Assembly (NCBI GenBank): GCA_021613535.1
Contig: CP075492.1
Span: 7,502,001 to 7,566,000, forward strand
Direction: 5' to 3'
DNA from: Adineta vaga
Lineage: Eukaryota > Animalia > Rotifera
DNA length: 64,000 nucleotides
The position numbers were made by a program, and so were the translations under genes. The notes under the pieces are model-generated. The model worked only from the letters and a program-made list of their open reading frames with translations. It was not told the origin of the DNA and did not search any database. Every line of letters starts with the position of its first letter. The stretch's first letter is position 1. Below, piece after piece: positions 1 to 15,261 of the stretch.

Positions 1-1161
1 TTATCATTTTCAACATCAATTTGTTTAATATCATCAATACGAAAGATTGTATGCATAGAAAAGAGAATTTCTTGTTCAGAACTTTTATAATAACTCGTTT
101 TAGATAATGATGCACATTGTGCAGAAGGAATTGATGGATTAATACTCATTTGAAAAATAATTCCAATGGAATTTGGATTCGTATGAACAGCATGACGAGT
201 AAATGAAATAGCTACATCACGTTTTTTTGATGTTGACAAGAAATTATTAAATGATAATAATCCACCTTTTGTTTTCATTAATTTACTAAAATCATGTCGT
301 CCTAAACTTTGACCTCGATAGACAGTAAATGATTTCATATGTCGACGAGTTTTTGTGAATTGTTTCTTATGTAAATAGTCAATGTGAAGATGAAGATCAC
401 GAATAAAAAATCCCATTTTAATAATTGTATCAAGTTCAAAATTACGTAATGCTCGATTAAGCATAGAATAAACACAACAATCATATGTATACCACCAAAT
501 TGGTGATTGACGATGATATTCACGTTCGAATTTATTAATATTTTTCAATTCATAACTATTATCTGCATTAGAAATCTCGACAATAAGATGCTAAATCTTT
601 AACAAAATGTTTATCATTATAAGTAATTTCTAAAAGAATTTCTTTTAAGATTTGTGTATACATAAATGATGGATCGAGTTGATTAATATTTTCTTGTGTT
701 GTAACAAAACTCATTGAAATATAATTTTCATCACAATATTGTGCTGATTGTTTTAATGATTTACATATAGCTGGAATTGTTGTGTAAACTTCTTTAATTT
801 TAGAAAATTGTTTAATCCATTGTCGATGAATATATTTTATATGACAAAGAATATAAATTGAATCGAGTTGAGACATTTCATGAATGATTGGAATACCTGT
901 TCGACCAAGAACACCAGAAATAATAAGAAATGCTTTGGCATTTTGTAATTCATTGAGAAAACTACGACATTGTTCAATATTTGTGAATAGATGAATGGTG
1001 TTTACAATACGTCGTAGATGAAAGATGTTCGTTTGATGTGCATCTGTACTTTCATCAAAACTTGAATCTAGCCAGATTAAAACAAAATTTTGAACAAGAC
1101 GACGGGGATGAGTGACTGAAGTCAAAGAACTAAAGGTATCTGTTGAGTAATCAGAGCCCAT
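1..1161 (-). CDS. Receiver-like/ADP-ribosyltransferase(-TPR) family protein; 5' part only, runs off the window edge; +1 frameshift at ~567-570
   Basis: ORF 568-1161 (LIWLD..., LDPSFMYTQILKEIL) continues in another frame as ADNSYELKNINKFEREYHRQSPIWWYT...VYRGQSL...FLSTS...SEQEILFSMHTIFRI. It is a clear paralog of 31509-33605. Confidence 0.8.
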
Positions 1162-1532
1162 TTAGATGAGAATCGATAGGAAAAAATATGAAAATTTATG
1201 TTTAATATAATATACGATGTATTTGATGCAATGAAAATATTGACTTATAAACTTCACCTGAGACACTCTAAGTAGAATGCCACGTAATCGTTTCAAATAA
1301 AATGGTTAAATAGTACTCAAAAAAGAAGAAGGAAGAAAAGCGTGACATTGTACTGTATGAATAAGAATTTAAGTCAATGTATTATATCATGAATGTAATG
1401 ATACACATATCGAAATTTATGATTTTGATACGCTTTGAAAGGATATTCACATGATTCTATGGATTGAGAATTATTCTCAATGATCTTTAATCACACTATG
1501 GAAATCTCAACATACAATTAAATTGATTCTTG

Positions 1533-1605
1533 ATCTTGAGGGTAAGAGTGTGAGTGTAGATTGGAAAATAATATTGACTCTCACCCACCCGCCCGCCCTC
1601 AAGAT
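1533..1605. mobile_element. Small inverted-repeat element (MITE relic), same family as 43429-43646
   Basis: ATCTTGAGGG at the left end and CCCTCAAGAT at the right end, with a GT-rich left arm and a CA/C-rich right arm. Confidence 0.55.
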
Positions 1606-1752
1606 AAAACATGATGATACAGTTGATATTGTAAAAAATGAATTCGATAGCATTATCATTTAGTTTTGTAACTATTATATTCTTTAGAAAAATTGATTTA
1701 TTCAAATTCTTTCCTTTCATATACAAAAAAAATAGTTGAAGAAGCGTTTTAA

Positions 1753-3060
1753 TTAAATAACTGTATTTGATCTACCATAACGTTTGATTTCTGCAGGTAA
1801 AGATTTCGATTCAATAAATTGTTTCAATTCATCACTATTAATTGTCATAATCATTGTATGTTCACCACTGAGTGGTTCATCTATAGGTGCATATCGACCA
1901 AAATATCGTCGAACAAATCCTCGTTCAATCAAACGAACAAATGTCTTGACAAAAGAAAACAAGATAGAATACATAGAAAAGAAATCATTCGATAAATTAT
2001 ACTTTCTCACCTTTCGTACAACTGCTTTGTCATAAAAATACTTATGATTTTTCATCACATATTTCGAATATTCATGATAAACTTGATCAAAAGTAAATTT
2101 TGTATCTGTCAGTATCCCTCCATTATTGTCTTCTTCATCTTGATCATCATCATCACCACTTTCATTGTTTCCACTCATTTGATTTTGTGATCTTTCATCC
2201 ATTCGTTTAATGACATTATTTGTCATTAAAAGTAATAATAGTTCTAAATGTGTCAAACATCCATCTAAATATTGATCTGGTCGAGTATCGTCACACAAAC
2301 TTGCATTGGAATCACGAAGATAATGAATAATTTTTTGTTCAATAGTTGTTAATGAATTAAATAGATCATTTTCAATTTGAAGATCTTTTTTGATTTTATA
2401 CGATTGAAGAACATATTTGGTATACTCAGCAGTCGAAGGTGGTGATAGAATATAATAGATTTGTGAAAAACGTGATTTTAATCGTTTTTCAGGCAATTCA
2501 AGACAATCCGAACGATTTGAAACAGCAATTGTTAGGATCGAATAATTTTTCTTGTCCAAATAAACAGCATCAAATAATGTATAAAGAATAGAATTCAATT
2601 TCTGATAGGTAAATTGTTCGAAATGATCGAGAACAAAGATGAAATAAAGTTTTTTATCTTTTTTTTCATTGCCAATAGTTTCTAATAGAATTTGCAGATT
2701 GTCACATTGATAATCATGATCTGTTTTCATTTGAATATTGTATTGTGAAGAGATTTCTAGAACAGCTGATGATTCAACTGAATGGATTAAACCATTGAGA
2801 CGAAAGATAAGTACACGTTCGAGAAGAGATGGCTCATCTGTATGAAGTTTTGTAAAGATATGTTCGAGTAGTTTGGTTTTTCCACATGATGGAGGGCCAG
2901 CAACGAGTACTGTTTCACTTTTATTTTCTGTTATATGACGATGAAGAAATCGAGAGAATTGTTGAAGAAATAAATCAATCGTTGGATTAGTGAAAAGAGA
3001 AGTTGTTGTAGTGACAGTCGGTTTCGATGTTGCACGAGAAGGTTGACGTCGTAAACTCAT
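1753..3060 (-). CDS. ORC4: Origin recognition complex subunit 4
   Basis: AAA+ Walker A GPPSCGKT, LNGLIH, FIFVLDHFEQF (Walker B), LYTLFD and EKRLKSRFS. An in-frame 66-nt GT-AG intron at 1945-2010 is read through in the ORF track. Likely start is ATG 3060. Confidence 0.85.
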   Translation of the reverse strand: MSLRRQPSRATSKPTVTTTTSLFTNPTIDLFLQQFSRFLHRHITENKSETVLVAGPPSCGKTKLLEHIFTKLHTDEPSLLERVLIFRLNGLIHSVESSAVLEISSQYNIQMKTDHDYQCDNLQILLETIGNEKKDKKLYFIFVLDHFEQFTYQKLNSILYTLFDAVYLDKKNYSILTIAVSNRSDCLELPEKRLKSRFSQIYYILSPPSTAEYTKYVLQSYKIKKDLQIENDLFNSLTTIEQKIIHYLRDSNASLCDDTRPDQYLDGCLTHLELLLLLMTNNVIKRMDERSQNQMSGNNESGDDDDQDEEDNNGGILTDTKFTFDQVYHEYSKYVMKNHKYFYDKAVVRKVRKYNLSNDFFSMYSILFSFVKTFVRLIERGFVRRYFGRYAPIDEPLSGEHTMIMTINSDELKQFIESKSLPAEIKRYGRSNTVI

Positions 3061-3400
3061 ATTGATTTTTGTTGAGCTTGATTGATATGAATGCAAAAGA
3101 TTCTGATTATCGAATGAACGTAATATAACAATGTTCGACTTTGTCAGTCGAAGAGAATCAGTTACGACGCCATCTATAATAGATTATTTGAAAGATAGAT
3201 TTCTAAAGAAATGAACACTCCATGTTCAGTAGAAATTATTGCAAAATATAGAAAATGTTTTTCTTTAATTAGATTGTTTAATTGGATATCATCATCCTTT
3301 GTCTGGGAAATATGAAATGAATCATTTTAGATGTTCTTTCTTCTAAAAGTCTATTCTCTTCATCTTCTCATTCTCATCATATATTAGTTAGCAAGCAAAG

Positions 3401-6400
3401 ATGGTGAACGACAAGCTTATTCTATTTGGTGTATGTTGCCATTTTGTGTTGTTTTGAATGATATTATAATACGTACAATTTAGATTAATTCTCTTATCAG
3501 TGCACCACTTGAACCAATTAAATCAATTGAAGAACTTCGTATTGCTGAACATTTTTTAAATGTGATTAATCAAATGTATGAAATGTCTGTTTTCTTTCGA
3601 GTCATTGACACATATGTTTGATTCATTTAGTGAAGCACAGAAGTTTTCAGAATCACGGATTGATATTCCCTCAGTTCATGATAGTGTTCATGAGAAATTT
3701 AAATTTATTCTTGACTATCTTTCAAGTATGCAATATCAATCATATAATTTCTTATATTATTTTTAACTGTAATAGAGCAATCAACATCTTCTATTACTGA
3801 ATGGAATATCAATGAATTAATTCGAGGCAATGATAATCTTCTTTCGAAAGTAAATTTGATCGAGTCGAACTTTATTTGTTTATATCTTAAAGTTTTGACT
3901 ATTTTAGACAGCACTATTGATTATATTTGCTGCTCATGCTGATACATATTTTTATTCGAAATCACTCGAAGCTGATGAAGCTCAACATGAACAATTAGCA
4001 GCACTCTTTGATTTACATATGATCGAAGCAACACAAAATAATCCATATCAATTAAATGTTGATGCTTGCTTTAAAGATGGTAAGAATTCGAATTGTCGCT
4101 TCTGATTACAAATCGATTGTTGATTTTCAGATTCTGCTGGTGCACAACCAAAACAAACAACACCAGTGATTAGAAAGCGTCGTAATACGCAGATTTGTAG
4201 TAAGTTTTTGTGTTTTCTTATTGCTATACAAAAATTTATCGTTCTTTTTTCGAATAGATTTAAATGATTCATTAAATAATCAAAATCGTTCTTCAATTCT
4301 TGATCGAAGTTTTACTCGTTCACCCGGTGTAAGTTATTTTTCTTATTTCTATTCTTTTTAATATCTTTCATGATTTCAGCAATCTCAAGCTGCTGCCGCT
4401 GCTGCAGCCGCTACTCAACAAGCACGTGCACTTCAAGAAGATCTCTATAAAGTTCAATATGAACTTGATGATTTTCATCATAAATATGGTGGTCTAGAAA
4501 AAAGCTACAATGAACTCAGTAAAGAATTCCTTTGTTATGTATTTCAGCTTCTTTTTTCTAATCTAATGTTTTTCAAGAGGAAAAAAATCGTGAATTATCT
4601 GAAAAACTTCTTCGTCAAGCTGATTATGATACAATTAAAGATGAACGAAATAGACTTCGTGAAGATCTTCATCGTTATGAAATTGATAATAAACGGTAAG
4701 TTTATTTTTATGATCATTCATTTAATTGAAGAAGTTTTGGATAGTCTTCATGGAGCCAAAGAAAATGTAGCAGATTTACAACAACGTCTACAACAATATC
4801 AAAAGAAAAATGATGAAATGCATGAGAAAATTGCTACATTAGAAAGAAAAGTACGATGGCGTTTTATTTATTACTTTTAATATCGAGTATATAATGAATC
4901 GATTTAGCTTCGTGAATCAAAACAACAATGTGATGAATATAGCAAAAAAATTGTAAATCAAAATGCTGATATTCTTCTACTTTCATCATCAAATGAACGT
5001 GTGAAAATGTTAGAAGTCGAAAATCAACAAATGAAAATCATCAAAGAACAACGTGAAACAGAATTATTAAGACAAATTCGACATTTACATGATGATAAAG
5101 AAGAACTTCAAAAAAAACTTGATGGTAAAGAAACATGACTTCTTCATTTTTTGAACAAATAAATGAAATGAAATTTTTAAATTTGATTTAGAACCAATGA
5201 CAACGACTGAAACTCCACTCATTGTTGCTGAAAAACGAGCATTAGAAGAAGAATTACATATACTTAAAATGTCATTCTATGATCGACGTGAAGCAGATAC
5301 AGAAATTGAATCATTTAAACAAACAATTAAACAATTAGAAGAAAAACTTGAACAACTGAGAAATGAATGTCAAGAATTATATAAACAAAAACATGAATAT
5401 GCTGAAGAACAAATTTCACGTATGTTATTTTATTCAATTGATTCATCTAATCATTTTTATCAATTTTCTTATTTGTAATCTTTAGTTCGAAATGAACTTC
5501 ATGCTCAACTTGAAAATTATGAGAATAAATTAACTTCATCATCAAAACTCATTGAAGAATACAAACGAGAAAATGCCAAAACAGTCAGTATTATATTAGG
5601 AAGAAAAATATAGTCGAAGAAATCTCTCTTCATATCAATTTAGACTGATGAATGTAATCTTCTTCGAAGTGAAATCATTTCGTTAAAAAGTAAATTACAT
5701 GGACAAAGTGGTGAACTCAATTCTGAAATTGTTAAATCTTTTGATTTACGACATCAACTTGGATTACTCAACGAACAAGTTTCATTAAAATCAGCGGAAA
5801 TTGTTAGTCTTTTAACTACAATTGATTCCTTAAAAGTTGAAATCGATCATATTAAACTTGATCGAGATAATTCTCAATCGCGTTTAATTGATACACAAAT
5901 GCAATATGATAAATTAACAAATACATGTTCAATGTATGAAATGAAATTAAATGAACAAGAAGAACGTGAAACTGAATTGAAATTACAAGTTCAACAAGTA
6001 CGAGAAATGCATGAAAATATTGTTCATGAAAAGGTTCGTTCACAAACCGAATATACGGATGCACAAATGCGAGTGTCAAAAGCTGAACAAGCTCTAAAAG
6101 ATAAAATTGAAGAAGTTGAAAATGTAAGTTTCATAAAAAAAAACAAACAAACATATTAATATTATAAATATTTTTTGTTTCTTAGTTGAAAAAAGCAGCA
6201 AGATTATATAGTCAAGATATAAAAGAACTTGAAAAATATGGTGAAGATCTACGTGAACATTATGAAAAATCGAAAGTGACATATAAAAAGGTACGAATAA
6301 CTAAATGATAATAAAAGAGAGAAACAAATTTTATTTTGTTTTTATTTAGACTGAACAAGAATTGAGTGAATTGAAAATGACACATTCAAAAACTTTATCT

Positions 6401-7314
6401 GATTATGAAGATATACAAAAACAAGTTACACTTCTTAAAAGTCGTTGTAATCAATTAGAAAATGAACGGTTACCATTACTTGCTCAATTAGAATTTGCTG
6501 ATCGAAATTTACGACAAGTTAAAAAACAACAACAACAACAACAAGCTACAATGACAACGAGTACAACTGTACATCATCATCAACCACCTCCTGTTTTACA
6601 AACAATTGAAAATAATAATAAATCTATGTCACGATTAGTTCGTTCACCAAGTCTTGATATGCGAGTTATGCGTCGTACAAGTAAAACACCTTTTTTTTCA
6701 ACCTCTTGAATCATTTGTACAATGTCTCAATTTAGATGATAAAATGGATGATACACGTTCATTAGATCATGATGATTTAGCATTACTTTTACATAAAAAT
6801 CAATCATATAATCACTATGCTTTGTAAGAATATATATATACATAAAAGAGAGATTCATTTCATTATCAATTTATTCTTTTAGAAGTGGTCGTTCAACAGA
6901 TCATCTAACAAAATATGGTATAGAAATTTTCTTGATTTCATTCTCTTGTTACTTACGTTTTTCTTCTGTTAAGATATAGAAAATGAAGATGAACCAATTC
7001 ATCTTGATTTAGGTCCTATTGATTATAATCGACGTATGAATGAATTGCAACGTCGCAATCTTAGTCAACCAATGCATTTACGTACAGCTTATGCACTTGA
7101 GACGATGGATCATGATCCAGACAATTTTACAGCTAGTATAATACGTAAAGGTGGAGCAATCAATGATGAAAATTTAGCACGACAACGGATTGCTAATGAC
7201 AATCAGAAGGGAGCAGAAGTACGTGTGATTTCTATTCGAATTTTTCTATACTCTTTCTTTTATTTTTAGACTCCTAAAGCTTCTCGGTTCAAGAATTTAT
7301 TCAATCGTAAATGA
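3401..7314 (+). CDS. NuMA/Mud/LIN-5-like spindle coiled-coil protein (multi-exon)
   Basis: Many short exons. N-terminal Hook/CH-like start, long heptad coiled coil, and C-terminal RMNELQRRNLSQPMHLRTAYALE, which matches the NuMA microtubule-binding motif (RIAELQQRNRVCPPHLKTCYPLE). The protein ends TPKASRFKNLFNRK*. Confidence 0.7.
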
Positions 7315-7689
7315 GAAATCAAATTATTATTTGTACTATTGACAAACAAATCATTCATATATATGACTGTTATACTTCATACAAATGCAAAATTATTCTT
7401 TTTTTTTCTTTATATAAAATGACAATAAAATGTTTAACTTTAGATGAAATAAAATATGATAATACTATATTTTGTAATGGAAAGAAAGATGAATTATTTA
7501 AGAAATCAGAAATATATCATATCCTCTTTGATTGTACCACCATTTAAGATACAGATCATTCTTTACCAGACATCTGTCTTTGCTCTGAAGAAAGATAGTC
7601 ACATCTTACTACAGTACTTCAATGCACACAATCTTTTGTTGCATTATTTCCGTCTAACAAAAAATTAATTTTTTTCAAAACTCTACTCA

Positions 7690-8118
7690 TCATAATTCTT
7701 CTTTTACTTTTTGTAAAAAATCATGTAAGACGGTTTCATTAGAATTAAGTTCATTGATGTCTTTTCCATCTAAAATCACATTAATATTGGATTTTGTCGA
7801 TTGTAGTTGTAAAAAACGTTCAATTGATTTCAATGTTTGATGCATTTCTTGAAATAATTGTCTGATATCATCTGAATTTGAACCACCATTATTTACCAAA
7901 CGAATTAATTTCGTATTCGTTATTTTGCCACGATACACTATGTATGATAGAAGAATAATTAATAAGATAAGAAGAAATATAGCAAATATTGTATTTCGTG
8001 TTGAAGCAAATTGACGATTATTTTGATTAGAAAGAATAGTCGACTCGATGATAGATGTTGTAGTTCGATCAACAAAATTTGAAGTTCGTCGTTTATTTGA
8101 TTTATTCGTCTTTTTCAT
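7690..8118 (-). CDS. Hypothetical type II single-pass membrane protein
   Basis: 142-aa ORF with one hydrophobic helix (IFAIFLLILLIILLSYIVY) followed by a short coiled coil. Confidence 0.5.
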   Translation of the reverse strand: MKKTNKSNKRRTSNFVDRTTTSIIESTILSNQNNRQFASTRNTIFAIFLLILLIILLSYIVYRGKITNTKLIRLVNNGGSNSDDIRQLFQEMHQTLKSIERFLQLQSTKSNINVILDGKDINELNSNETVLHDFLQKVKEEL

Positions 8119-8833
8119 GGTTAAAAATATAATTGTGTAGATAAATAATATCTTAATGTTTATATTATTTATTTTCTATTCTATTCTTACATCACGTTTT
8201 ATTCAAAAAACAAAATATGTGATTTATCGATTATTATCTACGATATATAAATCATCAATATAAAATCCACGATCACTCGACCGCATCAAAAGCGTAATTT
8301 AAGGAAAGTTTCATCGTCTATCGCGAAAAGACTACTAAATTATCTATTAGTAATAATAGGAATTGAAATCGTTTGTTAATAGACGCAGCAGTGTATCAAT
8401 AAAGAAATATTATATGTGTATATAGAGATGAGTTACTCATAAGACGCAAATACTGAAATAAAAAATCGTGAGGGTGTTTAAATCTTTTTTTTTTCCTTCA
8501 ATTTTTTCCAGTAAAGACCAATCAATTTATTTTGGTTTTAATGTAAGAAAGTCGGTCATGTCAGATACATCTTATTTATTTTTACTTCAGAAAATGCACG
8601 TGTAAACTATGGTATGATATGAATTTCTGAAAAAAGATTTTTGAAACAATAACTTGATAATTATACATTTCTCTAATCTTTTAATACCCTCCTATTTCAT
8701 TATTGTTTTGTTTTTTTCAAAATGAAATCGAATACTTATTCAAAAACAATACGATTCAAGACAATATAAAAACCCTGCTGATTTTTGTAGCTATCAAACG
8801 TTTTAATTTTCTGATTAGTATTCAATTGAGACG

Positions 8834-9673
8834 ATGGTTTCATCATATACCGCTGTTATTTTCATTGTCAGTTTAGCTGTACCATTGGCATATGCATGCG
8901 TTGTCGACAATTTAAAAGGCAATTGTATTACTAAATCGTCATGTACAGGTCGTTCGGTTGCTGGAAAATGTCCTGGTGCAGCTGATATTCAATGTTGTTT
9001 ACCTACTGGTACTGCTTGTTCATCTAATGGAAGAAGTGGTGTTTGCGTTGATTCTGGTTCCTGTGCTGGTTCTACAGTTTCTGGATTATGTCCCGGTGCT
9101 GCTAATATCAAATGTTGTGTTGCTAGCGATGTATCAACAGGTTCATCTGCTGGTCTCTGTGGTAGTTACGCCGGTGCTATTGTCAGCTCCGTTGCTGGTA
9201 ATGACAATGTTATGTATTCAGTTGTTAAAATTAAGGGAGAACATTTATCGAATCCAAGTTCAGCTTCATTAGCACCAACTGAATCTGACAATACAATGAC
9301 AACATCAACAGCTTGTGCTTTTGATCAAATGGCTGCCAGTGCTAAAGCAGCTGGTGTCTCTGTTAAAATCAATTCTGGTTTTCGTACCATTGCTCGTCAA
9401 CAATATTTCTGGAATTGTTATCAAACAAAATCATGCAACAATGGTAACTTAGCTGCACGCCCAGGTACTTCAAATCATGGTAAAGGTATTGCTCTTGATT
9501 TAAATACTGATTGTGGTAAACAAACTGGTGCCAAACCAAGCTGTGGTGGTAGTGCCGTATATCAATGGCTATATAACAATGCTCATAAATTTGGATTTAC
9601 TCGTACAGTTCAAAGTGAACCATGGCATTGGGAATTTCGTGGTGTTGGTGTTGAACGTTCTAGCTTTTCTTAA
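8834..9673 (+). CDS. Secreted protein: two Cys-rich repeats plus a VanY-like peptidase M15B (D-Ala-D-Ala carboxypeptidase family) domain
   Basis: Signal peptide; two C..G.C....SC.G..V.G.CPGAA.I.CC repeats; SGFR..Q, PGTSNHGKGIALD (SxH-x6-D) and EPWHWEF (ExxH) zinc motifs. Intronless, with a TATA-like TATAAAA at ~8766. Confidence 0.9.
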   Translation: MVSSYTAVIFIVSLAVPLAYACVVDNLKGNCITKSSCTGRSVAGKCPGAADIQCCLPTGTACSSNGRSGVCVDSGSCAGSTVSGLCPGAANIKCCVASDVSTGSSAGLCGSYAGAIVSSVAGNDNVMYSVVKIKGEHLSNPSSASLAPTESDNTMTTSTACAFDQMAASAKAAGVSVKINSGFRTIARQQYFWNCYQTKSCNNGNLAARPGTSNHGKGIALDLNTDCGKQTGAKPSCGGSAVYQWLYNNAHKFGFTRTVQSEPWHWEFRGVGVERSSFS

Positions 9674-10109
9674 ATCATGATTTTTCGAAAAAGATATAAA
9701 TTATCTTAATTGAAATAAAATATATCTATTTCATATAATTATATATAATATCTGTTCGCGACATCTGTAGGAACAATATCATTTCTAGTACTCTAATAAT
9801 TTCACTTCAATACTGAACATTAGTTATGTTCATTATCATTAGAATGAAACTACTTTAGAATTCCATTTCATTAAGAAAAGTAATAAAACTTAATTAATTG
9901 TGACTCTGAAAAATATATATGTATTATTTTTTTCTAAAGGGACCGAAAAGATATTGATAGATGATGCACCAATCATTGTCAATCTGTATGTTGTATAACA
10001 ACTCATGCAGGAATATAGGAATAATCTAGTTTATTCTGGTTCCTTCCATCATTTTTTTTATCAGATAATAAATAAGTGAAATCAATATGATTTTAGACCA
10101 TTTGTCAAT

Positions 10110-13021
<2,912 letters not shown>

Positions 13022-13266
13022 ACGTTCTTTATTTTCTTTTCTTTTTGTTTTCATATGTTTGCCGTTCTTTCATATCCTTTGATTGTTTTCTAGTTATATA
13101 TGTATACACAAATATCTCAATAAAAAAAACAAGCGATTATCCAATAAAATCAATAGATAAAAATATCGATATTTCGTTTCATAAAATAAATCATCTATGT
13201 TGACAGTTATCAAGGAAAGAAATCTCGAGAGTAATGCGTCGAATTGTTTTTTACTAACGCTGTATA

Positions 13267-13338
13267 GGGGGCATAGCTCAGTGGTAGAGCGATCGCTTCG
13301 CATGCGATAGGTCGTGAGTTCAATCCCCACTGCCTCCA
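13267..13338 (+). tRNA. tRNA-Ala (anticodon CGC)
   Basis: Cloverleaf GGGGGCA/TGCCTCC with the G3:U70 alanine identity pair, D arm GCTC/GAGC, anticodon arm ATCGC-TTCGCAT-GCGAT and TTCAATC loop. One A-C mismatch in the T stem. Confidence 0.95.
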
Positions 13339-13344
13339 TTTTTT
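13339..13344 (+). terminator. RNA polymerase III oligo-T terminator
   Basis: TTTTTT immediately follows the tRNA discriminator base. Confidence 0.75.
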
Positions 13345-13458
13345 ACCACCATAGAATTATTTTTTCGCTACAGGTAAAAATACTTTTCTTCATATTCACG
13401 TCTGTTTATTATTGAAAGAAACTAAAAAAGCAAAGGTTACTGGATTTTCTCGATATTA

Positions 13459-15015
13459 TTATACACGAATTCGATTATATTCCCAATCAGTAAGCATTTT
13501 CCACTTTCGTCCAAATAATATTGTTACAGCATTTTCAACATCATCATATTGTCGACAATGTTTTTCTAGCCATGTATGAAGCGAATCATTATCATCATCA
13601 GCTTCATTAAATAAATATTTTCGATATTCATTTCGTAAAATTACACAATTACGACGAAGATAAAATTGTTTGAGATTATTTTTTGTTCCATAATAAGCAA
13701 TTAGAAGACAAGTTGCTGTGGATATGCGTTCTTTTATTGCTAATGTATGTAAATATCGACAAGTTTTAATAAGACCAATGTAAGCAGAATCGGCACGTTC
13801 ATGAAATGATCTTGGTATATAAATACGACACATTGATTTAAGATGAGCCTGAAATGAAAACCATTTGATGAGTTTCAATAATCTTTTGTGATGTGTTCAC
13901 TTACATAAGTTTCTAATGTTGTATTGAATTGTTCCATACAAGTATAAATTGATGTTTGTACAACTTTAATCGAACATGTATCATACAGAATTGCTCGTAT
14001 TGGTGCGGGATTTTGTGGCCAAATTGGTTCATCTTTACATTTACCTTTTGTAATCATTCGAATACACCATTTTCTTTTATTATCTTTTAAAATCGTTTCA
14101 ATTTCTGTCCATACAGAATCTCGATATCGATGAAGTATAGTCAATTCATCTTGAACAATATCTAATCGACGTAAATAAATTAAATGATTAGCAAATAGAA
14201 GAAGAACATTATCATCTAATGAATGTGAACTAATTGATACGGTATGTAAATTTGGAAATAATCCAACTGTATATAGTGGTGTAATATGTGATGTATAATT
14301 GAGTACTTCAATATATTCTAATGTTTCACAGGAATTTTCTAAAACTTCATCAAGACATGCACCAATATCAGAATTTAATTCGAGTAAAAGATTATTCAAT
14401 CTGAAACGTTTTAATGAACGAATCAATGAAATAAATCGACGTAATGTTTGTAAAATAATTCCACCTGTACCATAGTATCGTTTGTTACCACGTATAAATG
14501 CATTTGGATATTGATAATACGCATTCAACATAGGATTTGGATTATTTTGATCATCATCAATCAATATTAAAATATGAAATGTAAACGAAAATTCTTCAAG
14601 ATATGGAAATGGATAATCATCATGACCATGATAAGATATATAATTCGATAACATATTTAAAAAATCACACATATTATGATATTCAGCTATTGGTTTAATA
14701 ATCAGTCGTCTAATATGTTGACTTTGTCGTGGTAGATATCTTTGTACACGATATGGATTAAGAATACGTTCATAACCACGAAATAGATTGAACTTTCTTC
14801 GTGTAAATATCAATCCATCAAAAGTGAAAGTATACCAAATAAATGGTGAATGAAAAGTTTCATACCTAATATGGAGTTCTTTAATTCTTGATAATAAGAA
14901 TTTAAAATCATACTTACCATGTTCGACAAACTTGTGAACAATAATAACGATGTGCTAGTGAAAGATAATCGAAGATCTCTTCTAATAATATAGTTGGTAA
15001 ATCTTCCCAACCCAT
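13459..15015 (-). CDS. F-box/LRR-like protein (3 exons)
   Basis: Exon 1 reads MGWEDLPTILLEEIFDYLSLAHRYYCSQVCRTW (F-box). It splices to ORFs 13875-14813 and 13459-13878, which contain LRR-like repeats. Confidence 0.8.
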
Positions 15016-15261
15016 AATATTGGCTTAACTAGAAGATATGTTAGAGAGTTAATCTTATTTATTTGTTTAACAAAAACGAAAATTAGAAAATCTCAGGGAA
15101 AGATGCATGAGAGAAAACACATACATACACACACATCATACTTTCTTACTCTCAAATGATAGATAGACAAAAACAAAAACGAGAAAAATGATCTAGAAAA
15201 CGAAGAAAAAGATCTGTTCATATTTTCGATAACTCACACGTTAAGAAAATAAAGGAATGAT

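Noticed and set aside
8834-9673. Bacterial contamination or a vancomycin-resistance gene
   Set aside because: The gene is embedded among intron-rich eukaryotic genes, has host-like AT-rich codon usage and a eukaryotic-style signal peptide and Cys module, and has no van operon context.
13311-13330. T-stem A-C mismatch suggesting a tRNA pseudogene or SINE
   Set aside because: All other stems, the A/B boxes, G3:U70 and the terminator are intact, and there is no SINE body or tail.
13094-13339. 81-aa minus-strand ORF
   Set aside because: It is the antisense of tRNA-Ala plus AT-rich flank.
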